Below are positions 9,814 to 17,710 of a stretch of DNA of 64,000 bases, piece by piece (within the stretch, counting starts at the first letter, position 1; each line of letters begins with the position of its first letter). The DNA is taken from assembly GCA_947175515.1 (NCBI GenBank), contig CAMWNA010000001.1, positions 637 to 64,636 of the forward strand. The letters are read 5' to 3'. The position numbers and the translations under genes are program-made. The stretch comes from an uncultured Clostridia bacterium. GTDB taxonomy: Bacteria > Bacillota > Clostridia > Christensenellales > Borkfalkiaceae. The notes under the pieces are model-generated. The model was not told the DNA's origin and did no database searches. It saw only the letters and a program-made list of their open reading frames with translations.

Positions 9814-10088
9814 AAAGGTTTTTTAAAACTTTAAGGCGCAAGGTATTTAAACCCTTTATAAAAATGTTTTTAATGCGCCTTATAATTTTTTATCAGAAGC
9901 ATTTTTCACGCCATACCTGTATGTACAGTCCGACGTGTTCGGAATATATGCTCCGCGCTTTAAACAATCACGGCGTAATTGCGGGGATAATTCTGGGCGG
10001 CTGGCGGATATTAAGATGCAACCCTTTCACAAAAGGCGGATACGACCCCGTTCCGGAAAATTATTTTAAATTAAAGTGGGTCAAATAA
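9798..10088 (+). CDS. yidD: Membrane protein insertion efficiency factor YidD
   Basis: Signature [13 protein letters not shown]...[17 protein letters not shown]. Overlaps the rnpA end. The true start may be an internal Met. Confidence 0.85.
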   Translation: MAKKLKRFFKTLRRKVFKPFIKMFLMRLIIFYQKHFSRHTCMYSPTCSEYMLRALNNHGVIAGIILGGWRILRCNPFTKGGYDPVPENYFKLKWVK

Positions 10089-10120
10089 AAAGCGGTTATT
10101 GCGCAAAAAGATTTAAATAA

Positions 10121-11413
10121 ATGGGAATTTCAAACTTGCTTGACAGCGTATCGGTTGGTTTTCTAGACGGCGTAGTTCTGGATAAAATCGGTATGTCTAA
10201 TCTCAACTGGATAGGTAAAATTATTCAGTGGCTCATAGAGGGCATAGGCATTGTAGGCATAGGCATAATAGTATTTACGCTTATCCTCAAAACTATCGTC
10301 CTCCCTTTGGACGTGTTTTCAAGGATAAAAACAAAAAAGCAGTCTTTAATGATGGAAAAAATGCGTCCGCAGATGGAAAAACTGCAGAAGCAGTACGCCA
10401 ACGATAAGCAGATGTACAGCCAGAAGGTTATGGAGCTGCAAAAGCAGAACGGCTTTTCAATGATAGGCGCATGTCTTCCGATGGTAGTTTCGCTTGTAAT
10501 ATTCATGGTAGTGTTCAGCGCGTTCTCCACCTACTCCCAGCACGCAAATCTTTCCACTTATAATAATATGGTGGAAGAATACAACGCAAGCGTTTCCCAG
10601 TACGTCTATACCGACGTTGACAATACGGTAATCCACGAGAACGGTTTCCTCATCGCCGAAACAGACCTTTCCACAAACAAGGTGGAATACAAGGTAAACT
10701 TCGATAAGTTTATGGCTTACTACAATGCAGACAAGTCCGAGGACAAGCTTGCTTTGCCGGAAGGATTTTCAACGGTTGAAGATTATTTTGCGTCGCTGAA
10801 CAGCGAAAGCGAGAAAAAGGAAGCCGTAGGCAACTATATCCGCGTGGGCGCGCGCAAAGCTTCGGCGGCGTACTACCGTGCGAACAAAGCCGGATTTATC
10901 TGGGTAGGCAACATTTGGTATCCCGATTCTATGCTTAATAAGGAAGTGCCCAACTTCTCCAAATTCAGCTCGTCGGTATCAAGAGCTGTCGGCAGCGGCG
11001 TTGACGCTTCTTACGAAGCTTCGTATAACGAGGTTGTAGCAAATTTAGGCAAAGAATTAAAAACATATAACGGATATTTCGTTCTTATCGTGCTGGCGAT
11101 AGGTCTTATGTTCCTGCAGCAGTTCATAACGATGCGTTCGCAGAAAGCCGCAAACGACTTAAGTACGGTTGACGGCTCGGGTGCAAAGACCACTAAATGG
11201 ATGATGATTTTAATGCCGGTAATCTACGGTATATTCTCATTCTTCTACAGTGCGGCGTTCTCAATATATATGATAACCAATACTGTTTTCAGTTTGGTTA
11301 CTACCCTGCTTATAAATAAAATTTTGGACGTTACTTTCAGGAAAAAAGAATTACAGCAGGTATCAGGACGCGCGGCAGGCGCAAATTCCAAAAACAGAAA
11401 GAGGTTAAAGTAA
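10121..11413 (+). CDS. yidC: Membrane protein insertase YidC/SpoIIIJ family, with a large inserted soluble domain
   Basis: 430 aa. Conserved segments LPLDVFSRIKTKKQSLMMEKMRPQMEKLQKQY and the C-terminal TM bundle with a basic tail. Sits in the canonical rnpA-yidD-yidC-jag context. Confidence 0.85.
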   Translation: MGISNLLDSVSVGFLDGVVLDKIGMSNLNWIGKIIQWLIEGIGIVGIGIIVFTLILKTIVLPLDVFSRIKTKKQSLMMEKMRPQMEKLQKQYANDKQMYSQKVMELQKQNGFSMIGACLPMVVSLVIFMVVFSAFSTYSQHANLSTYNNMVEEYNASVSQYVYTDVDNTVIHENGFLIAETDLSTNKVEYKVNFDKFMAYYNADKSEDKLALPEGFSTVEDYFASLNSESEKKEAVGNYIRVGARKASAAYYRANKAGFIWVGNIWYPDSMLNKEVPNFSKFSSSVSRAVGSGVDASYEASYNEVVANLGKELKTYNGYFVLIVLAIGLMFLQQFITMRSQKAANDLSTVDGSGAKTTKWMMILMPVIYGIFSFFYSAAFSIYMITNTVFSLVTTLLINKILDVTFRKKELQQVSGRAAGANSKNRKRLK

Positions 11414-11414
11414 A

Positions 11415-12296
11415 ATGACAGAACAGCTAAACGAATTCACCGCTAAAACGGTTGACGAGGCTATTGCCGAAGGTCTTAATACGCTTGGAATAACTTTGGA
11501 CGAAGCCGAAATAACCGTCCTCGAAGAAGGCAGAAAAAAGCTTTTCGGCTCGGTCAAGGCAAAGGTTATCGTAAGAAAAAGACGTTCGGACGCCGTCCGC
11601 GCCGCTGAATTTATAGACGGACTTATGGAGGTTCTCGGCATAACCGCGGCAACGGAAACCACCGAAGAGGACGATTTTATTAAAATAGAAATAAAAACCA
11701 CACAGTCGTCAAGGGTAATAGGCAAGCGCGGCGACGTTCTTGACGCCGTTCAGTGTATGGCAGGCGCAGTTGCCAATATCGGCAGAGACGATTATAAAAA
11801 GGTCGTAGTAGATTGCGAAAGCTACCGCGCACAACGCGAAGACACGCTGAAAACTCTTGCGGAAAAGCTTGCGGTTAAAGCAGTTGAAAAGGGCAGAAAA
11901 ATGATTCTGGAGCCTATGAACCCTTACGAAAGGCGCATTATCCACTCCGCCCTTGCGGATAATACCGAGGTGAAAACCATTTCCGAAGGCAAGGAGCCTT
12001 ACAGATATATAGCGGTAATTCCCAACAACGCAAAACCCTATGACAAGGGTTTAAGATATGACAGAAAGAAACCCGACGGTGAAAAGCGCTTTGAAAGACG
12101 CGACAGGCGCGACGGTGACAGACCCCGCGGAGATAGGAAGTTTGACAAACGCGACGGCGGCAGACGTCCTTTGGGCGGCGGAAGCGGCGCAAAACGCGGC
12201 AAAAAGGAAATACATTTCGGAACTTTCTTAGGCAACAGCAACTCGCAAAAGTCAGACGAAGCTCCTGCAGAAGTTACGGAAAAAACCGAGGAGTAA
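11415..12296 (+). CDS. jag: RNA-binding protein Jag/KhpB (Jag_N-KH-R3H) with an Arg/Asp/Gly-rich C-terminal tail
   Basis: N-terminal Jag_N (FTAKTVDEAIAEGL), KH (VIGKRGDVLDAVQ), R3H (MNPYERRIIHSAL). Followed by ~88 low-complexity residues. Confidence 0.85.
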   Translation: MTEQLNEFTAKTVDEAIAEGLNTLGITLDEAEITVLEEGRKKLFGSVKAKVIVRKRRSDAVRAAEFIDGLMEVLGITAATETTEEDDFIKIEIKTTQSSRVIGKRGDVLDAVQCMAGAVANIGRDDYKKVVVDCESYRAQREDTLKTLAEKLAVKAVEKGRKMILEPMNPYERRIIHSALADNTEVKTISEGKEPYRYIAVIPNNAKPYDKGLRYDRKKPDGEKRFERRDRRDGDRPRGDRKFDKRDGGRRPLGGGSGAKRGKKEIHFGTFLGNSNSQKSDEAPAEVTEKTEE

Positions 12297-12446
12297 TTTA
12301 GTAGTAACATCGTTCAGTGTGCGTTGTCTCACAAAACGGACTCACGGTTATTCTAAGCATAAGCAAAATAATCTATTTGTTGTCTGTTAAATAAAATTAA
12401 ATTAATGCTTGATATGCCGAAGTTTTTATCGACGGCAATTAAGATA

Positions 12447-12495
12447 CGGGATGGTTTTCGGCTCAACACATCCTTTTAAAAAAACCGAGGAGAAG
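12447..12495 (+). ncRNA. Candidate preQ1-I-like riboswitch aptamer
   Basis: GGAUG-GUUUUCGGCUCAACA-CAUCC-UUUUAAAAAAACCGAGGAG. It has a 5-bp P1, an A-rich tail, and a tail CCGA able to pair with loop UCGG (H-type pseudoknot), as in preQ1-I. It lies upstream of queT. Judged by eye only. Confidence 0.4.
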
Positions 12496-12509
12496 CAAAT
12501 TATAAAATT

Positions 12510-12541
12510 GCGGACGGTTATTTTCTGCCGTCCGTTTTTTT
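12510..12541 (+). terminator. Intrinsic terminator / attenuator in the queT leader
   Basis: GCGGACGG-UUAUUUUCU-GCCGUCCG followed by a U7 run, 26 nt before the queT ATG. Confidence 0.65.
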
Positions 12542-12566
12542 AAGCCGTAATTTGCAAAAGAACAAA

Positions 12567-13178
12567 ATGAAAAACTTTTTCACCACCAAGCGGCTGTGCC
12601 GTGCCGGCGTTATCGCCGCACTGTACGTCGCGCTCACCTACGCTTTCGGCGCAATCGCCTATAACGGCATCCTACAGATACGCCCTGCCGAAGCGCTGAC
12701 AATTCTGCCCCTCTTCTTCCCCGAAGCCGTGCCTGCGCTGTGGGTCGGCTGTATGCTTGCAAACTTGGGTTCGCCGTTCATTATGTACGACGTACCTTTA
12801 GGCGGACTTGCTACTTTGGTTGCCGCGCTTTTAACCTACGGCGCAGGCAGACTTATTAAGAACCGTATTTTGAAAATAGCCGTCGGCGGTTTCTTTCCCA
12901 TAATTATCAACGCATTTATAATCCCTATCGTCATTGTATTTCTTTGCGGCGGCTCTGAAGGCTACTCTTCCGCAAACGTCGCATACTGGACGTTCTTCGG
13001 CTCAATGTGCGCAACGGAAGGACTGTGGATATACGGCTTAGGCACTCCGCTCTTCTTTGCTATCGACCATTTAAGGAATAAGGGAGTAGCGGTATTTCTT
13101 GACGGCAAAAAGTCCGCGCCTACGCCAGAGATAAGTCAAACCGAGAATAGTCAGACCGACAATAACGCAATACAATAA
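12567..13178 (+). CDS. queT: Queuosine-precursor transporter QueT
   Basis: N-terminus MKNFFTTKRLCRAGVIAALYVALTYAF...ILQIRPAEALTILP is typical of the QueT family; 5-6 TM helices. I prefer ATG 12567 to the TTG at 12552. Confidence 0.8.
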   Translation: MKNFFTTKRLCRAGVIAALYVALTYAFGAIAYNGILQIRPAEALTILPLFFPEAVPALWVGCMLANLGSPFIMYDVPLGGLATLVAALLTYGAGRLIKNRILKIAVGGFFPIIINAFIIPIVIVFLCGGSEGYSSANVAYWTFFGSMCATEGLWIYGLGTPLFFAIDHLRNKGVAVFLDGKKSAPTPEISQTENSQTDNNAIQ

Positions 13179-13194
13179 GTTGACGTTGCAAAAC

Positions 13195-13232
13195 AAAAGC
13201 CGACCGCGCTTTCCGCGCGGTCGGCTAATATT
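13195..13232. terminator. Bidirectional terminator between convergent queT and pck
   Basis: GCCGACCGCG-loop-CGCGGTCGGC hairpin, flanked by an A-run and a T-rich run. Confidence 0.8.
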
Positions 13233-13256
13233 ATGGGGTAAATTCTATTATATGCG

Positions 13257-15200
13257 TTATTTTTTTGCCGTGGTTTTTTTAGCCGCGGTCTTGGCAGGAG
13301 CTTTCTTAGCTGCCGGTTTCTTATCCGCAGTCTTTGCCGCGGGCTTTTTAGCCGCCGCTTTCTTTGCGGGTTTTTCGGCAACGGGTGCAACGTAGCAGTT
13401 AGCTTTCAGCGTTGCAAGGCAGTCCCAAAGCTCTTGGGGAATTCTGTCCTTAATGGAGTTGTTGTAGTAAGCTTCGATTTCCTCAGCTTCCTTCGACCAC
13501 TTCTCTTTATCAACTGTTAAAATTTCCTTTAAGGAATCAAGCGTAAAAGGCTTGCCTTCCGCAATGTTGTAATCGAGCTCGGAAATGTCGATATCTTCAG
13601 CCTTGGGAACGTAACCGATAGCCGTTTCCTCAGCGTCGATAGGGCTGTCGCCGCAGCGCTTCAATATCCATTCCAGAACGCGCATATTGTCGCCGAAGCC
13701 GGGCCACATAAAGTTTCCGTCAGCGTCCTGTCTGAACCAGTTTACGTTGAATATTTTAGGAGGGTTCTTAACCTTTGCGCCCATATCAATCCAGTGCTTG
13801 AAGTAGTCGCCCATATGATAGCCAGCAAAAGGCTTCATTGCCATGGGGTCGTGGCGGAGAACGCCCGTCGCGCCGGTTGCCGCGGCAGTCGTTTCAGACG
13901 ACATTGCAGAGCCTATGAATACGCCGTGGTTCCAATCTCTCGACTGGTATACGAGGGGTGTTGTGGAAGCGCGTCTGCCGCCGAAGATAATTGCCGAAAG
14001 GGGCACGCCTTCTTTGGAATTGAAATCAGGCGAAACGCAGGGGCAGTTTTCCGCAGGCGCAGTGAAACGCGAGTTGGGGTGCGCCGCACAGGTTGATTTG
14101 TCGTGCTTGTCGAATTTTTCGCTGTTCCAAGGCTTACCCGTCCAGTCTATACAGTGTTCGGGCAGTTCTTTGCTGAGCCCTTCCCACCATACGGTCATAT
14201 TGTCGGTGTTGAGTGCTACGTTGGTGAATATCGTTCCGCGCTTTGTGGATTCCAGCGCGTTATAGTTGCTGTGTTCGTTCGTGCCGGGAGCAACGCCGAA
14301 GAAACCGTTCTCGGGGTTAACCGCCCAAAGCCTGCCGTCCTTGCCTACTCTTATCCATGCAATATCGTCGCCTACGCATTCGATTTTGAAGCCTTTTTCA
14401 AGGTAGTGCTTGGGGGGGATAAGCATTGCAAGGTTGGTCTTTCCGCATGCCGAGGGGAACGCCGCCGCAACGTACTTCTTTTCGCCGTCGGGGTACGTTA
14501 CGCCCAGTATAAGCATATGCTCGGCCATCCAGCCCTCGTTCTTTCCGAGGTAGGAAGCTATACGCAGAGCAAAGCACTTTTTGCCGAGAAGCACGTTTCC
14601 GCCGTAAGCAGAGTTTACGGAAACGATAGAGTTTTCTTCGGGGAAGTGCATAATGTATCTCTTGTCGGCGTCAACGTCGCACTTTGCATGGAAGCCTTTT
14701 ATAAAGTCGCCGTTTTTGCCGATAGCGTCAAGCACCTTTTTGCCTACGCGCGTCATAATGTTCATATTCAGAACAACGTATATAGAGTCTGTGACTTCGA
14801 TGCCGTATTTCGCAAAGGGCGAGCCTACTACGCCCATCGAATAAGGGATAACGTACATCGTTCTGCCCTTCATCGAACCGCGTGCTATTTCGTTGGTAAG
14901 CTCACGCGCTTCTCTGGGGTCCATCCAGTAGTTGATAGGACCGGCGTCCTCTTTTTTAGGAGTACAAATGAAAGTTCTGTCCTCAACACGCGCAACGTCG
15001 TTTACCTTGGTGCGGTGGAGGTAACAGTCGGGTAAAAGATTTTCATTCAGCTTAATAAGCTCGCCGCTTTTAACCGCTTCTTCTTTGAGGGCTTTAATCT
15101 GTGCCGCGCTGCCGTCAATCCAAACGATATTGTTCGGCTGAGCAAGATTTGCGCTGCTTTCAACAAAGTCCAGAACCTTTTTGTTTTTCGTCAATGCCAT
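13257..15200 (-). CDS. pck: Phosphoenolpyruvate carboxykinase (GTP) with a 43-aa Lys/Ala/Pro-rich C-terminal tail
   Basis: GTP-PEPCK motifs FPSACGKTN and CVGDDIAWI. The start at MALTKNKK (15200) sits behind AAGGAG plus 7 nt. The ORF-track start at 15233 lacks an RBS. Confidence 0.9.
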   Translation of the reverse strand: MALTKNKKVLDFVESSANLAQPNNIVWIDGSAAQIKALKEEAVKSGELIKLNENLLPDCYLHRTKVNDVARVEDRTFICTPKKEDAGPINYWMDPREARELTNEIARGSMKGRTMYVIPYSMGVVGSPFAKYGIEVTDSIYVVLNMNIMTRVGKKVLDAIGKNGDFIKGFHAKCDVDADKRYIMHFPEENSIVSVNSAYGGNVLLGKKCFALRIASYLGKNEGWMAEHMLILGVTYPDGEKKYVAAAFPSACGKTNLAMLIPPKHYLEKGFKIECVGDDIAWIRVGKDGRLWAVNPENGFFGVAPGTNEHSNYNALESTKRGTIFTNVALNTDNMTVWWEGLSKELPEHCIDWTGKPWNSEKFDKHDKSTCAAHPNSRFTAPAENCPCVSPDFNSKEGVPLSAIIFGGRRASTTPLVYQSRDWNHGVFIGSAMSSETTAAATGATGVLRHDPMAMKPFAGYHMGDYFKHWIDMGAKVKNPPKIFNVNWFRQDADGNFMWPGFGDNMRVLEWILKRCGDSPIDAEETAIGYVPKAEDIDISELDYNIAEGKPFTLDSLKEILTVDKEKWSKEAEEIEAYYNNSIKDRIPQELWDCLATLKANCYVAPVAEKPAKKAAAKKPAAKTADKKPAAKKAPAKTAAKKTTAKK

Positions 15201-15375
15201 GTTAAAATCTCCTTGAACAAAACTTGTTTTCATTCTACATTATACAAAAAGAAAAGAATAATTGCAAATGAAATTCCTTAAAATTATAATCATTTTTAAG
15301 CGTGAAAAAACGGCGCAAAATATAATTTACATTTACAATTCCACACCGTCGGTAATTCAACAAATTTAATTATGT

Positions 15376-16551
15376 TTACAAACTCCGCATTGCGGTTTTC
15401 AATCTTTCAAGCGCGGCTTTCAAGGTTGACCGCGGACAGGCGAAATTTATTCTCTCGAAACCGCTTCCGCCTTTGCCGAAAATATATCCGTCGTCCAGCC
15501 AAAGTCCTGCTTCGTCGGTAATAAAATTTTCAAGCTCGCTGTCGCTTAAGTTCAGCTTTCTGCAATCTATCCATGCAAGATAAGTTCCCTGCGGCGGAGC
15601 AAAGGATAGCCGCGGTATGTTCTCGCTTATGTAGTTTCGGATAAAATCGATATTCTCTTGAAGATAAACTTTCAAACCGTCAAGCCACTTTGCGCCGTGC
15701 GCATATGCTGCCTGACAGGCGACAAGCCCCATAATATTCGGCTGACTGTAACCCTGTCCGCCAAGCTCGCGCACGAATTTATTATGAATCTCGTCGTCGG
15801 ATATGTAAGTGTTTGCTACGTGCAAACCTGCCAGATTAAAGGTTTTAGTGGGTGCGGTACATATCGCGCTTATTTTTTCAAATTCTTTCTTTACGGTTGA
15901 AAATACCGTATGATTATAATTGCCGTAAACAAAGTCGGAATGAATTTCGTCCGATATAACGAATACTCCGTGTTTAAGACATATATCCCCCAAGCGTAAC
16001 AGCTCCTCCCTCGTCCAGACTCTGCCGACGGGATTGTGCGGATTGCAGAGAATAAACGCCTTTACGTCGTTTTCAATAATCTTCCTTTCGAAATCTTCGA
16101 AGTCAATTGTGTAATAACCGCCGTCGTTTTTAAGTTCGCTGACGACAAGCTTTCTGCCGTTGTCTGTCACAGATTGAGCGAATGGATAATATACAGGCTG
16201 ACATATTATAACCGCGTCGTCCTTTTTGGTAAGGATTCTTATAAGCGAGCATATTGAAAAGACCACGCCGCAGGTTATAACGAATTTATGCGGTTGAGTG
16301 TTCCAGCCGTGACGGCTTAAAAACCAACCGTGCAACGCGGAGTAGTAATTTTCGTCGGGCTCGGAATAACCGAAAATTCCGTGCTCGGCTTTTTTGTTTA
16401 AAGCCGTAATCACTTCATCAGGCGCCTTAAAATCCATATCCGCTACCCAAAGCGGCAATATATCCTCGGGTTTTCCGCGCTCGGCGGCAAAATCGTATTT
16501 TAAACTGTTTGTGTTTTTTCTGTCGTATACTTTGTTAAAATCATACTTCAT
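15376..16551 (-). CDS. patB: MalY/PatB-family PLP-dependent cystathionine beta-lyase (class I/II aminotransferase fold)
   Basis: N-terminus MKYDFNKVYDRKNTNSLKYD...LPLWVADMDFKAP is characteristic of PatB/MalY; 391 aa; overlaps the upstream gene by 4 nt. Confidence 0.8.
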   Translation of the reverse strand: MKYDFNKVYDRKNTNSLKYDFAAERGKPEDILPLWVADMDFKAPDEVITALNKKAEHGIFGYSEPDENYYSALHGWFLSRHGWNTQPHKFVITCGVVFSICSLIRILTKKDDAVIICQPVYYPFAQSVTDNGRKLVVSELKNDGGYYTIDFEDFERKIIENDVKAFILCNPHNPVGRVWTREELLRLGDICLKHGVFVISDEIHSDFVYGNYNHTVFSTVKKEFEKISAICTAPTKTFNLAGLHVANTYISDDEIHNKFVRELGGQGYSQPNIMGLVACQAAYAHGAKWLDGLKVYLQENIDFIRNYISENIPRLSFAPPQGTYLAWIDCRKLNLSDSELENFITDEAGLWLDDGYIFGKGGSGFERINFACPRSTLKAALERLKTAMRSL

Positions 16552-17681
16552 TGCCTGAACGCCTGCCTTAAATCGTCTGTTAAATCCTTCACGTTTTCTA
16601 TACCTACGGAAATGCGCAAGAATCTGTCGTTAATACCGCGCCGCTCCCTCTCGTCTTTGGGTACGTCGGCATGGGTCTGTAGCATAGGGTAGGTTATCAG
16701 ACTTTCCGCTCCTCCCAAGCTTTCCGCATATTGGAATATCTTTATTCTTCTTAAAATATTTTCGGCGAGCTCTTTGCTATCCACTTCGAAAGAAATCATA
16801 CCGCCGAATCCTGTTGACTGCTTTAAGGAAACATTATAGCTTGCGTGGTCCTCAAAGCCTACGTAATATACTTTTTTAACTTCCTTTCTTTCTCTCAGCC
16901 ACGCGGCAATTTTTTTTGCGTTGTCGTTTATCCTGTCCATACGCAAGGGCAGTGTTTTTATGCCGCGCTCTATTAAAAAACAATCTAACGGCGCAAGGCA
17001 CGCGCCTATAGTCTTTGCGTAATATATTATCTGTTCGGCAAGATTTTGCGATTTGGCAACCGCAAATCCTGCAAGAGTATCGTTGTGACCGCCGAGATAC
17101 TTCGTACCGCTGTGTATAACTATATCCGCGCCCAAATCAAGCGGACGCTGAAAATAAGGCGTTAAAAACGTGTTGTCTACTATAAGCAGTAAATTGTGCT
17201 TATGCGCAAGGTGTGCAAGTGCGGAAATATCTGAAACCTGCATTAAAGGGTTGCTTGGAGTTTCCGCATAAATTGCCCTTGTATTCTTATTTATAAGCGA
17301 TTCAACGCGCGCTATATCGCCCGTATCTGCAAAATCAAAGCTCATACCCTCAGCCGAATTGACGTTACGGAACAGGCGCAGGCTTCCTCCGTACAAATCT
17401 TCCGAGGCAATAATATGTCCGCCGATAAACAGCTTCATAACAGATGTAACCGCAGCCATTCCTGAAGAAAACGCAACAGCCGCCGCACCGCCCTCAAGTC
17501 GCGCAACGGTGTTTTCAAGGTGCGCTCTTGTCGGATTGGAAAGTCGCGAATAGCTGTATTCCGACGGAGCGCCTACACCCTTGTGTACGAAGGTAGCCGA
17601 CTGGCACACGGGCATAGTCAGCGTTCCCCATTCGTCCTTTTTATTATCGTCCGCATGCAAACAAAGTGTTTCGAATTCCAT
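16548..17681 (-). CDS. Cys/Met-metabolism PLP enzyme (cystathionine gamma-synthase / beta-lyase family)
   Basis: 377 aa, with PLP-lysine motif HSGTKYLGGHND and N-terminal TL.LHAD...G....P..QSATF. Confidence 0.8.
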   Translation of the reverse strand: MEFETLCLHADDNKKDEWGTLTMPVCQSATFVHKGVGAPSEYSYSRLSNPTRAHLENTVARLEGGAAAVAFSSGMAAVTSVMKLFIGGHIIASEDLYGGSLRLFRNVNSAEGMSFDFADTGDIARVESLINKNTRAIYAETPSNPLMQVSDISALAHLAHKHNLLLIVDNTFLTPYFQRPLDLGADIVIHSGTKYLGGHNDTLAGFAVAKSQNLAEQIIYYAKTIGACLAPLDCFLIERGIKTLPLRMDRINDNAKKIAAWLRERKEVKKVYYVGFEDHASYNVSLKQSTGFGGMISFEVDSKELAENILRRIKIFQYAESLGGAESLITYPMLQTHADVPKDERERRGINDRFLRISVGIENVKDLTDDLRQAFRQ

Positions 17682-17710
17682 TTAATCCTCCGTAGTAGAA
17701 TATACCGGAC

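Noticed and set aside
13794-15035. Long plus-strand ORFs (up to 310 aa) antisense to PEPCK, and similar ones antisense to metH, metF and the 1199-aa gene
   Set aside because: They have no start context and give Arg/Val/Cys-rich nonsense translations. Each is wholly contained in a gene with strong family motifs on the other strand.
15201-15233. N-terminal extensions proposed by the ORF track for PEPCK, and similarly for rsmG (to 7842), the DUF58 gene (27854), the double-vWA gene (30593), the ABC permease (40306) and Fic (61671)
   Set aside because: In most cases (PEPCK, the ABC permease, Fic) the internal Met sits behind a clear Shine-Dalgarno sequence. In the others it matches the family N-terminus or avoids overlapping the upstream gene or the DnaA boxes. 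I used the shorter starts.
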